Source: Phallusia mammillata (Eukaryota). Taken from it: a stretch of 64,000 nucleotides of DNA. Shown here in pieces: positions 36,028 to 47,901 of this stretch. Made by a program: the position numbers and the translations under genes. The stretch is taken from NCBI GenBank assembly GCA_965637545.1, contig OZ281497.1, positions 19,158,001 through 19,222,000 on the forward strand. The letters run 5' to 3'. Under the pieces are notes generated by a model. That model was not told the origin of the DNA and did not search any database. It saw only the letters and a list, made by a program, of their open reading frames with translations. The first letter of the stretch is position 1; the number at the start of each line of letters is the position of its first letter.

Positions 36028-39000
36028 ATGAGTTTGGCATTGGCAATGTCTACGAATTTAAATCGAGACATATGTATGGACATGGCTGTTAACTCCAAGT
36101 ATGTTTTTGGTACCGCTTTGTGCATGTATTAGGAGTATTTTTTACTAAGATTTTATTGGATATGCAGGATTGAAAATGTACCATCTGCGACGCCCTTACA
36201 CCAACAACGACCAGTGTTTCACTCGCATGATGGTGAACACTGCTGTGGGCTTCCATACCAAGTAAGAAGACCACTGTTTATATCTGTTTGCAAATGATGT
36301 TACCCTTATAAAGCTGTTGACCTTTATTTTAGGACCACAACTATGGAGCGCCCCCGCCACCACCTACTCCTCCACTTTCCCCTAATGAACCTTGCTTCAA
36401 ACCTTTGATGTCTAATCCCAATATGGTGTGTGTAAAGTCTTGTCCCACTACTGTCTCACCGCCACCCTCTGTTCCAACCAATGCATTGTACCAAAATGGT
36501 AAGCTAAGTAGAAAGCAACATGTTTCAAGTAATATGCACAATTGTTTTTATAATGCATCCAGATGCATTAGCTTACAAATGCAACATCAGCCTCCAAATA
36601 TTCCCAGGAATGTTGTTTTCAGCCTATCAGTTTATCACCATTTCCCTTCTGTGTTGTTAGTGTGTTCAGTGAACCACTTGTTTTATGGCCCTTGGGCATG
36701 AAACTTTACATCTATGCACATTACTTTTCTTCAGCTGACACGGCTTGCCACATAAGCACAGTGTCTTATGTTGTTCAGCTTGTTTTTGGAGCATTGTAAT
36801 TATAAGTAAAATTAGTTCATAAGATTTAATGTAACAATTATTTTTTGGATTGAACAAGAGGTAAAACCTGACTGAGAGGTTAAACTAGAACAGGAAGTCA
36901 GTAAGATATTTATAACTTTAGTCTGGCATTTAACTACTGAAAGATATTTATTGTATCATGTCTGTAATTTGTGTGTAAATCAGAGCTTTTAAAAGCATGT
37001 CTGTTTTGTTTACTTTTTTGTTTTTCAATTCTTCACTTGCAATTGCTATTTGTCACAGTTCATATTATGTTGTTTTCAGGTTTAGAAAAACCTTCTGAAG
37101 TCACACAGAACAATGTTTCTTTTTTCCCCAACAGTCTTAGCTCAGAATCAAGTGGTGATATAACCAGATGTATTTGTGGGTAAGTGCTTTCAGACTTGCC
37201 TTGTTTTCAGCATTTCGTCAATCTTATGCTGACAATTGATTTTTCAGTTTTACACATGATGATGGTTACATGATTTGTTGTGATAAATGTGGTGTCTGGC
37301 AGCATATTGACTGTATGAATATTGACCGGAACAATATACCAGAAACCTATGATTGTGACAGGTGTAATCCCAGGTAAGCTTTTTCACGTTCATCTTTAAC
37401 AAGCTATTAAACTTGGTATGTTGTGTGTAAAATATTTACAACATTTTTTATTTGTTGCAGACATGTTGATAAGGAGCAAGCGTTTTTGTTACAGTCAAAG
37501 AAAAAGGAAGATTTATCAAGTAATTTTTGTGTTGATTGATTTAGTACATATATGTATCAGTTCTAACGTATGTGTTTGCACTGCACAGTGGCATCAGAAT
37601 TAGACAGTGACATCGAAAGTGGTGATGATACCAGTAATGTTCAATCCAGGATTCACTACACTTCTGTTCAGTCAACACCAACCAGTTTAACTATAACTTC
37701 AAATCGTAATGGAAAGAAAACTGCTCCACATTTTGGTTCTGGCAAAAAGCGCAAGAGAAGTAAAGATGAAAGCAAGAGAATTGTCAAGAGGGTCAGTAAC
37801 TCAAGAATGTTGTATTTGTCTTGCAATGTATGATTCTTTTATCCCATGGGTTTAAGGCTAGTTATTGCTGTCTATTTATGGTGTTTTTGTGTGTTTTTTA
37901 GTTTAACAGTGCTGATAAGAAGGCAAGATCTAGGTCCAGATCTAAAGTAAGTGAAAATGCCCTGGGCAATAAAAAACTGATCAATTGTTTTGCATAGTCT
38001 TTTCTTAAAACTTTAAAACTTTACTGTATAGTTTGAAATTTGTTAAGTGGCTTTAAAACATTTTCGTTTGCAGTCATCCTGCTTGGAATCTCCTGGGGAG
38101 GACAAATGTGTAGAAAATAATCATTTTGTATGGGAAAACAAACTAAGGTAGTTCATCTGTTCTGGCCAGTAGACTGTACTACACAATTGCATCCATAACT
38201 GACATTGTGTTGCATGGATTATACAGGGAATGGACTAACTCTTATGTGGAGATATATTCAAATCAGTATACACAAGATTTGCTGCAGTCTGTCCTTTCTG
38301 CATCCAAAAAGCTCAACGAAAAGAATCACAATGATACCATTTTAAGTCAACTTCATAAGCAGTTGGCAAAAGTATGTGTGAATTACATCTGAAATACATT
38401 TTTATCTGTTTATATATACTCATATTTGTGTGTGATGAAGGTTCAGCAATTGAAAAACTGTGTCATGGCAATGGAGGACATAAGTGTAGCAATGCCCATT
38501 GCTGAAGTTTGTGGTACATACATGCTTTCCAATCAGTTTGAGGGGTGCAACTCAGTTCTGTACAAAAGGTAAATATTAACTTTTCTTTAACATCCTATTT
38601 GTTTTTCGTGTGTTTAAAAGCATGATTTTTTACAACCTAGGCCTTACCCGTTTGTGTTCTTCTACACTGGTTTTGATGGTCTTGAAATATGTGTTGATGC
38701 CCGCCTTTCTGGAAATGTTTCCAGATATTTAAGGCGGTCGTGTCATCCAAACAGTGAGGTATGTGCGGGTTTCTGTGAAATGTGTATTGAGCGATTGAGA
38801 ACATTTTTTAACAAAAATCATTTACAGGTTAAGCATGTAATGGAAAACAATAAACTGCATTTGTTTGTGTATTCCAAGGAAAATATTCCCAGTGGAGAGG
38901 AAGTAACAATTCCTTTTGATTTTAAGTATCAAAACTGGTAAGTTTAAAAGTCAAATGTATGTTTATAAAGCACCTTTACCTGACTCTCTCTTTACATGAA

Positions 39001-42000
39001 CAGTGCCTACAATGTTGAATGTGGCTGTGGTCGCCCTGATATTTGTCCTGTATTTAAGTCATCGAAATTAAAAGCTGAACAGTAGGTTTTTTACAACAAT
39101 AGTGTTCACTGCATACTTCGTAAAACTTTAATGTAACCTTGTGTTGAATAGATTTTTAAGGAATGCAACAAAACAGCATGTTGTTCAAGATGAATTTGGA
39201 AAGAAAAAACTTTCTCCTCTTGTACTCCCTTTGTCTCGGATAAACCCAAATGTAAGTGTTTTGTAGATGTTTCTTAGCGTTTCAGGTCTGGACTAAACAA
39301 GTGGTTCATAAAAATTTCCTTTTTTTTGTTTAGGGTAACGGCTACTTGAGTTCTGATCATGAATCCTCCCATGCATATGGTGATGTGGAATTGGATGAAA
39401 GTGGAAGGCTTGAAAATCAAAGGAAAAAGGTACTATTAAGTTTACTGTTTTACACCCAAATGTAAAACTTTTTATGCTCACAATTGTATCATAAAGGATT
39501 TTATTGTATTTCTCACTGAAACAATTTTTACTATTTGCAGTCCAGAGAAGAGCGAAAAATGGAAGCCTACATTCGAGCATTTGAAAAAATGGAAAAACAA
39601 GAAAAGAAGAAAGAGTTGCATCACAATCATACCCCTCACAGCAAACCTGAACCTATTACACTATGTCGAGATTCAGTTAAGGTAAAACATTGGACTTCAA
39701 TGCATACAAACAGCTTGTTTACTCTTATTGAACATTCTCATTATGTGTTTGTAGACTTCTGTCCATCCAGTTAGTGGTGAACTATCCGAAGAATATTTAA
39801 CTCCTTCACAAGTTGTAACACCTAATCGGCGGACAAATAGGTATGTCATGTTATATTCATTGTGAATTGTCACAAACGACTAGTGATGGGACGATACCAG
39901 GTTTTGAAGCGAGTACCGATACCGAGTACGAGTACCACATGTATATACCTTCGATACCGAGTACCGAGTACGATTACCGATTACTTAAGTGCAGTGTTGT
40001 ACTTAGTTGTGTATGACCTGCTAATTTATCTGTCATGGTCGGCGTACAGGCGTGCACACACACATGTAGAAAAAAGTAATCTCCATACGATAGCGAAAAA
40101 AATATACGTAACCTGCCGGAACTTTTTCCCAAATTTGTACTGTCCGAAGCATATATTGGCACAAAGTTTTCAGTGTTCTTATCGATATCGATACCACTGA
40201 AATCGTTCGATACCATCGATACCGAGTACCGGGTACCCGCCCCATCACTACAAACGACACCTAAATTTTTGTTCATTTGTTTGTTAGGAGGCGATCTACA
40301 AGAGGTGGAAGGCGGAATACTGCAAAGCGTGGAAGAATGACATCGTTTGAAGGTGTTTTATCACCCAGCATGGCTATGGAAACGGATTCTAATCATTCAT
40401 ATGATAGTACAACAGCACTTTCAAATATGTCGGAGCGTATTGCATCGCTGGACAGCGAACAGTCTGGTTTATCAGCAGGACAATCGATGCCTGAAATTGT
40501 GGATGAAATGACCAGATTTTCAGAGTCTGGTGATGGTGCTTGCGAATACCAGACAGGTGCAAGGACTTCAGAATCATCAGATATGATTTCCACAGAGGAC
40601 AGTAAACATTCTGTAAACCCCGTTGAGTTGCCACCCAGCATGAATACCTCAGAAGCACCGACTACTGTTGAAGCACATAATCAGCTTGGCATTGTTACAA
40701 AGACAAGTGAAGACCTGCCTGAACAAAAAGACACGACAAGTTCTAGCAGTGTTGAGCAACCACCAACTGCCAACAACACTGTAACCAAATCAGCAAAAAC
40801 CAAGAAAAATGGTTCAACAGAGGGACAAACTTCTGGTAGGTATCTGTTCTATGTGTCAACCAACCTCTATTGGGTACAGGCTTGTTAAATATTAATCATC
40901 TGTTTGCTATAGCCCTGGCCCAATTGATTTAATAAATACTTTGGTGTGTTAAAGCCAATATGGCCAGTGTTTAAATAAGGTTTAGTTTCAGCTGGTCAAT
41001 GATTAACTGTGTGCTGTGACAAGGTTGATAGATTTTGGTTTATTTTGTAGCACCATGCAACAGCAGTGCCGCCACTCCCACTAATGACCCCCCAGTACTA
41101 TGTTCATTCATGCACTGGGATTACAGGCCTGGTATTCCATCAGGTCATGTACGCATTGGCATTAGTTCACAACCAGAAAGAAGGTGCTCTACCCAAGCAG
41201 ATAAATTTATTAAGAAGGTAAATATGTGTATTTTGTTGGCAAGTGCACCATTACCTCTATTTTCAAATTTCGTTTTTGCAACTTAACCTATTTACAGCGA
41301 TGGCTGCAGCGGGCAATTAAAGAAGATCTGCTCCCTAAACCTGGTGTTGGTGTCACACCAATTAATGGAGATATGCCACCACCAAATGCAAACACAACTG
41401 AATCATATAGTTCATTTAAAAAGAAGTTTCTGAAACAATATGCTGATTTACCAGCAACCATCACCAGCAACCTATTACCTGCTCAACCACTAAAAGAGTC
41501 TGATGGTTGCACGAACTCAAAACAAACATTTTCGGATTTACACACTGGTCAATCAACTGAGGGTCCCTCCCCTGCTGAAAACTTGGATGTATCAAATACC
41601 AACACAACCTCTATGCCTGTAAAAGACATTAATCCTGTTTTGGAATATGAGGTATGTACATGTTATCTGCCCATACACTGTTACTTGTAAGCATGATGGC
41701 ATTGGCATTTTCTGCATGTGGTTTGTCAAGCAAGTCACCCATGTTCATTCACAGTAATATAACTTGGGACACAGTATTACTTCTAATGCCCAATTTGGCT
41801 CATCTGCTAGTTACTATGCATGTGCAACAGAAGTGTTGGTATTACAGCTGTTAAAACTTTAGGACTAACCATGCATGCTGGTTGCTTCATGTCATGCAGT
41901 TTTGTTTGCTTTGTTGCTTCACTGTGCTTGTTGTAGAACCTGTCAGAAGACGATGAATTTGAGGTTGACCAGGCTGCATGTAAATCACCAGAACCAGCCA

Positions 42001-45000
42001 AAATTATTGAGGACAGCAAGGTACTGCAGTGGGTGTGAATTGGCCACTGTGGCTTGCTATAGTTGCAAAAGAAGCTTTGTATGGGAGAATATTTTAACTT
42101 GTTTAAGCATTTTGAAGTTGTTGTGGTCATTAATCTTGTGGTGCATGCTGTCTCTATGCTGCATGGAATTAAACCATTTTGACATGTTTTTTTCATGCTG
42201 GCACAAACACTTTTAAAATGGTAGTCAGGTTATATTTATTTAAATTGATGTTTTTAGTCCCCAACTCAAATCCTTTCAAGCTGGTCAGAGGACAATGATG
42301 TGTCAGCGAAATTAACACACAATGACAGTGCTATGACTCCTGAAGAAGCACAATCTGCCCCAACTAAAAAGAAGGTAATTATGTGTGACATGTTTAATTG
42401 TTGCAACAAATAGCTATAAATATAAAAATGTTTTTAGCAGAAACATAAATGTTTTTCAGATTATTTGTACAAAGTAACAAACAGTGGCTATATCTTGTTC
42501 TCTTACATGTTAATGTCATTTTTTAGGTTTCCCTGCAAGAATATCTTAAGCGAAGCAAAGATGTGAGAAAAAACAGTGCAGGGTCAGTGGAAATTGCTGA
42601 TCCTCCGAAAGCAACTACCTCAAGTTTTGTAAAAGAAAATGTTTCTGAAACTAATACATTGCCAAGTAATGGAATACCTACCATCATCACAAGTCAGGCT
42701 AATTCCCCCTCAACTGAATCACCTACAATCACTACAGGGCAAAATTCAGAGTAGGTTATAACTGATTTGCTATCGCATTGTTTATTTTCACCAATTGGGC
42801 AACCTTTGTGATCTGATTGTATGAGCTGATGAGTTTTTAGACCAGTAGTTCTCAAAATTGGGGTTTCGGAGTCTCAGTTGCATTAGTTGGGGGGCCTAAG
42901 AAATATTTAAACAGTTAGAATATATGAAGTGGCAAAGAAAATGCCTCCTAACATGGACAAGTTGGTTAAATGTTTCCTAATGTTTGCTGCTTTTACATTG
43001 AAAACAAATGTAGATAAACAATGTTGGCTGTACAATGAATTATTCAGGATTTTCCCAAATGACTCCGCTAATAAGGGGGTACAGTTTGAGAAACACTCAT
43101 ATGTTTTGACTGTTTGCTGTGTTGTTGTCAAACTGTTAGAAATGTATTATAAGATGCTTTCAAAGTCAGTCAAATTCCTGTCTTTCATGCACTGAATTTC
43201 AGGGCCAATGCTTTGATAAATTAGACTAGGTCGTGTTGTGAGCATTTTTGATTTTCACCATTATGTGAATTATCTTTCACAATCTGTCCACAGCATAAAA
43301 TTTAAGATGTCTTTGAAAAATGTAAACATTTATGTAACTTCACTCTATTCCCAGAGTATGCCTAGCAACCTGGGCGGATATTTAAGCTTGTTTAAATAAA
43401 ATATATTTGTACTGTTGACGAGGTGAAGAGGACAACTGCACATATATGTAATGATTTTCACCCGTGATTAACCTTATACTGTCCTTTAAACTTCCAGAAC
43501 AAGCAAAGACAGGAACCTTTTGGTATCGGATGAAACATTAGTGGAGAACCTTTCCAAACTAATCACAGAGGCAGCAAAACCAGCCATTGGCCAATCAAAA
43601 TTAAGTGACCTGTCAAGCGCTTTGTCAACAGGGGCAATCAAAACATTGCCAGCGGAAGTTATGGATATAGTCACCAAAACAGTGAAACAGCTCACGGAAG
43701 GTAAGCATCATAACTTCGTGTTGATGCTCAACTTGCTTGTGCCCTGTTTGTAATACGTTCACTTTGCAATTTTAGATTCAGATGGTCAAAATACACCCAA
43801 GAATGGAAGTGTGAATAGTTCAGATTTGAATGGTAAGTTCATTTGCCCTTCAAGTAGATCTTTCTCAATGATTGTGTTGAAATATTGTTTCGAAAAACAG
43901 GTCCCAGGTTGAAAAATAGCAGCAAAACTTCGCCAGCACTTTCCAACAGTTCACGCAGCACACAGGATAGTTGCAAGAGCCCAAGTGCCAGAAGCAATTC
44001 ATCAGGTACCTCACATCGAGCTCGTTCAGGAAGTAGTGCTGGTGAAACGTCAAAGAAGTCATCATTTTCCAACACTCAATCCCATACCAGCAGCACAGCT
44101 GCAAAACATCTACCTTCGCAGTCGAGTCCAGCAACACCAAACTCTGTACCCTCACCTCGTTCTCCCAGGGTGGCCATTAACTCCTTACGATCCCCCTCTA
44201 CTCCAACTATATATGATCACAGACACAACTCAAGAGGGGAATCCACTAAAGGTTGGTAAAACAGGCATTGTTTTTATTTGTATAAACTGAGAATCTGTCT
44301 ATACCAGCGGTTCCCAAACTGGGGTCCGTACAGCAGTTTCAGAGGGTCCGCAAGGAGAATTAGTCTTTAAACCAAGGGTGTGCAACATTTTTCGCCGGTG
44401 GGCCATAAAACCAATTTCGGACATCAAGCGAGGGCCATACAATTTTATTCATGTGTACGATAAATTTGAAATTCTCTCAAAGCATCGATAAGTTACATGG
44501 TTTCACAACAAAATAATTGTTTACTAGACAAAGGGAATTATTACGTCACCTTCGGTTTAGTACTTGCAAACTGGTTGGAAAACGCTGGTCTAGCTCATAC
44601 TAGTTATGTATAGTATAGTAACTATAGTATAGAGATTTACCAAAAACTAGTGAAAAATTTTGCTGATTGCATTTTTCTCTGAATCAGTGTGTTGGTAAGG
44701 GCCACACTAAATAGTTTGGCGCGCCGCCTGTTGCACACCCCTGCTTCAGTTTCAGAGGGTACGCAATGTTTCTCGGATGTAATGCTTGCTTTATATTAGT
44801 CTTTAGTTAGCGAATGTTTTCAACATTATATCTGTACTGTTATGTTATACTAGAAAAGTTTTTAAACATTAGGCTTTCGCAAAATACCGAAACCGACTGT
44901 ATGTTGTACATGACATGAGAGTCGCGCTATCCTAAACCAAAACCAAACATTAATGAGTTAATTGCAGCAAAACAAGTGCACCCATCTCATTAAACGTCTA

Positions 45001-47033
45001 CCGCATTTGATAGTTTTTTTCTTTCATTGGTGTGGTTTTTGCGTTTTTTCTGGAGCATTCTTTGTTTTTATAGGGCCGCAACATAACAAAATTATTGCAA
45101 AGGGTCCGCCAGGCAAATTTTTTTGAAAAGTTTGGGAACCGCTGGTCTATACAATAGCCTTGTGTCTAATTAGTTTTGTTCATTTAATTTAGTGTTTTAG
45201 CAGTAGTCTCTTTGTGACAAAACTGATTTCAGATACTTGGCTACCACAGGCATGGATCACAAAACAACAGCCTTTTGTGTTCCATGGTTATAAAGGCATG
45301 TGTTTATAGAGGTTCATTGTTAAAATCAAGAACAATATTTGGTTTTGTCATGCCATAATGTTTTCAAAGCCAGTCAAATTCCTGTCTTTCAATCACTGAA
45401 TTTCAGGGCCAATGCTTTGATAAATAATAGATCAGATTGGTTACTTTGTTGTTCTCATTATTGGTGAACTGCTTTATCTATCTGTTCACATTACCATTCT
45501 GACGCTTGTACAAAATTAATATTTGTGTTTATTATTGATTATTTTAGACAATGTGCTGAACAACTCTCGATCCCGACATAACAGTGGGGCATCAAGTGGC
45601 AGTAGCAGTAACCTATCTACTAGGTCACCAAGACCAGGCTCTTCATTGGTAAGTGTTCTTGAGACTGAGGTTCATTATGTCCCTTCATTAGGGTTTTTCC
45701 TGTTAAGTTGACATTACTTTGTGCAGATTATAATTAGTGTAGACCTAAAATTGTAAACTGTTTTGACCAATCAATTTATTCCAAAGATGTGTATGACTTT
45801 TGTGATTGATGGATGCCCTAAGTATGCAAGGGATTTCTGTGTTTGCATTTTATCCACCCACTGTTTGTCCTTAACCCCTGCCACACATTAACCTATATAT
45901 AAACTTGACAGCAACACTAAAATGTTACTCAAAATTCAAAACTCTGTGACGCTAAGACAATTTTTATGAATCTGAATAAAATTTGACTAATTGGCCACTA
46001 GTTCTACCTCAATATATTATCTTTGTTATGGTATATAAAAAGGGTGTTACATATGAATGTTTGATCAGTCCAGTTGATGCAAATGTTGCTGTCAATAATT
46101 GTGCATGTTCTATCTACACATTGCAATTTGGCGTCTAGTTAGCAGGATTAGTCAGTTTAAATAAGTATCATGGTTCCATTGGGATGTGGGAGACAGCAAG
46201 TATGGCATTGTATTGTAGTGGATAATATATGTATCCAATGTGATGATAAAAAAAGAACGTGATAAATAGCATTCATTGGGTCTTATAAAATAACATCATC
46301 TGTAGCTGGAAAACACTATTTTTAGTTAAATTTGCCTGTGTTTCACTACTGTTTAACAATTGCACATTTCTAACATCTATTCAACCATTTCTAGGATTAT
46401 CACTCCAGCAAACATCCAAGTACATCAGGCAGCTACAAACTGGATTCCCACCCACGTGTGCCTGCAAACCAACCCCAAAAGGTTCCCTCTCTGACCCCCG
46501 CCGTCCCTGGCCAACCTATTCCTTCGCTAATGCGCGGTCCTGGTGGAGTCATACCCCAAGTGATATACAACAGTAGGCCAGCTCCTGTTTCGTCGCGGTC
46601 ATCACAGAACAGTCCCCCACCTTGGGATGACTACAGGCCTACAGAGCCTCCAGGAAGGCCACCCAAAGAACCCCACTACAGTCGGCCACCTTATTATCCT
46701 CCAGGGCCACCTCCTGAACCTCCAGGGGGCGGTTACAGGCGAAACAGTTATGATAAACCATACTATGACCGATATTCGCATCCTTACCCGAGGAGAGAAG
46801 AGCCGAGGGAGGATTACCTGCCACCCAAGCACAGCCCTCCGCCTCCCCCTTATTACCACCACAACTCTTATTACCCCGAGGGTAAGGGAGGGTATTTCCC
46901 ACCACGCGAAGCTCGTCCGGTCAGTCCTGGGCCTCATCACCGCCACGGACCGCCGGAGTATTACAACAGCAAGCGAAAGAGCGACTCCTGTTACAGGTCG
47001 AGCTTTTATGCGCCGGATATGCACAGGCGATAG
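36028..47033 (+). CDS. KMT2E: KMT2E (MLL5)/SETD5-family PHD and inactive-SET protein, more than 20 exons
   Basis: ATG 36028; GLPYQ|[14 protein letters not shown] (36168-36498); PHD finger [29 protein letters not shown]...CDRC (37080-37373); SET domain with [27 protein letters not shown] (38641-38937, RRSC in place of NHSC as in this family); [19 protein letters not shown] (39541); RWLQRAIKE; [12 protein letters not shown]; Pro/Tyr-rich last exon 46396-47033. Some low-complexity exon boundaries are approximate. Confidence 0.92.
39881..40250. mobile_element. hAT MITE, 370 bp, in a KMT2E intron
   Basis: Perfect TIRs TAGTGATGGG / CCCATCACTA; perfect TSD CAAACGAC (39873-39880, 40251-40258); clusters of (C)GATACC/GAGTAC subterminal repeats. 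Confidence 0.92.
43160..43295 (+). ncRNA. Candidate intronic H/ACA snoRNA, copy 1
   Basis: Hairpin 1 (TCAAAG/CTTTGA base, AAATTC/GAATTT upper stem), H box AAATTA (43218-43223), hairpin 2 (TTGTGA/TCACAA, TTCAC/GTGAA), ACA at 43290-43292; about 136 nt; first hairpin duplicated at 45364. Confidence 0.6.
44373..44743. mobile_element. Nested hAT MITE, 371 bp
   Basis: TIRs CAAGGGTGTGCAAC / GTTGCACACCCCTG (13/14). Flanked by a duplicated host segment (cagtttcagagggt.cgcaa) rather than a clean 8-bp TSD. Confidence 0.75.
44881..44993 (+). pseudogene. Disrupted C-terminus of a hAT (Buster/Charlie-type) transposase
   Basis: Translates [19 protein letters not shown](frameshift)[16 protein letters not shown], resembling the KYRNRL...DMRVALS...P...LI..KQ..PSH end of these transposases (recognised from memory). 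Confidence 0.7.
45364..45493 (+). ncRNA. Candidate intronic H/ACA snoRNA, copy 2
   Basis: First ~60 nt nearly identical to 43160-43220; H box AAATAA (45422-45427); second hairpin (CAGAT/ATCTG, GTTC/GAAC); ACA at 45488-45490, 55 nt before the next KMT2E acceptor. Confidence 0.6.
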
Positions 47034-47300
47034 CTGGGCGAAGGTCGACGCCGTTGATAGATCTCAGGGAGTTTTAAGCCGGGTCCGAATGCGGCGACGA
47101 ATCCGGCGGCTGCATGCCTTTTTGTGTGTGTTGTACATACGGCTGTAAATAGTCGAAACTAAGATGTTAGTGTCTGGCCGCAGATTGATCTCTCTTAGAA
47201 TATTTCCACTGATCCACACCTAACTGTTCCTGTTATTTCCTCTATTTCCCGCCGTTAAACCTTTTCATGCGAGAGAAAAACCTAGTAGCTGCTTGGTTTC

Positions 47301-47306
47301 AATAAA
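47301..47306 (+). terminator. Probable KMT2E polyadenylation signal
   Basis: First AATAAA after the stop at 47033, followed by T-rich sequence. Confidence 0.5.
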
Positions 47307-47703
47307 GTATTTGTTACTTTATTCTTGATCCTCTTTTCCGCTATTTTAATTGCACTTGACACGCCCCCAGTTCGTATCCCGTGCCCGCCGGCTGACAGCA
47401 GCAACATCTCTGCTTTGCTTGCTAATTTTTGATTCCCGCCCCCTAATGCTTTTATTCAGGACCACCGTTGTCCAGAGTTACCACCACAAAGGTATTCCGT
47501 TGTTGCCGCGTGAATCGGCGCTATTATGCGCAAACTAAAGTATATTTTTCTAAACAATTGTCCATGTGCGCGGGGCCTTTTTTCCTGTAGTTTTTTACGG
47601 ACAGTTAAGGGTCTCACGTGCGCCCCATGCGGCGTGTTTTCGTGCTGCTAACACTTCCAACGCGTCGGCTAACCAGAAGCGTCACCAACCAACACTGCCC
47701 GTG

Positions 47704-47901
47704 TCACTTTTCGGCAAACCCGTTCTTCTTGCATGATAGCCACCATTTGTTCTTTATCCCGTGTAGCGTGCGTAGCTTGGTAATTCCTTGTTCTTGTCGC
47801 GAGAGTTTTCTTTCGTGTTTCGCCCGATCACCCTCAAGAGTTGATTTCCCCGCAAGCATTTCGCTGTCGACTCGTCGCACGTACATTTCGACCGGTTTCA
47901 T
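47704..47901 (-). CDS. Candidate 65-aa small protein of unknown family
   Basis: ATG-initiated ORF MKPVEMYVRRVDSEML...KNKWWLSCKKNGFAEK, with an acceptor-like CTTACGTCCAACAG ending 14 nt upstream (47916). No homology recognised. Confidence 0.3.
   Translation of the reverse strand: MKPVEMYVRRVDSEMLAGKSTLEGDRAKHERKLSRQEQGITKLRTLHGIKNKWWLSCKKNGFAEK

Larger units (their letters stand above)
44305..45144 (+). mobile_element. Internally deleted hAT (Buster/Charlie) transposon, 840 bp, carrying a nested element
   Basis: Perfect 16-bp TIRs CAGCGGTTCCCAAACT / AGTTTGGGAACCGCTG; perfect TSD GTCTATAC (44297-44304, 45145-45152); retains transposase 3' end. Confidence 0.92.

Noticed and set aside
39862-40276. 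Three overlapping ORFs of 75-112 aa
   Set aside because: Entirely within the TAGTGATGGG MITE and its repeats.
45868-45885. U12 branch-like TCCTTAAC followed by CAC in the last KMT2E intron
   Set aside because: No U12 donor upstream; the flanking exons join in frame through ordinary GT-AG sites.
47350-47400. B-box-like GTTCGTATCCC suggesting a tRNA or SINE
   Set aside because: No T-arm pairing, A box or cloverleaf.
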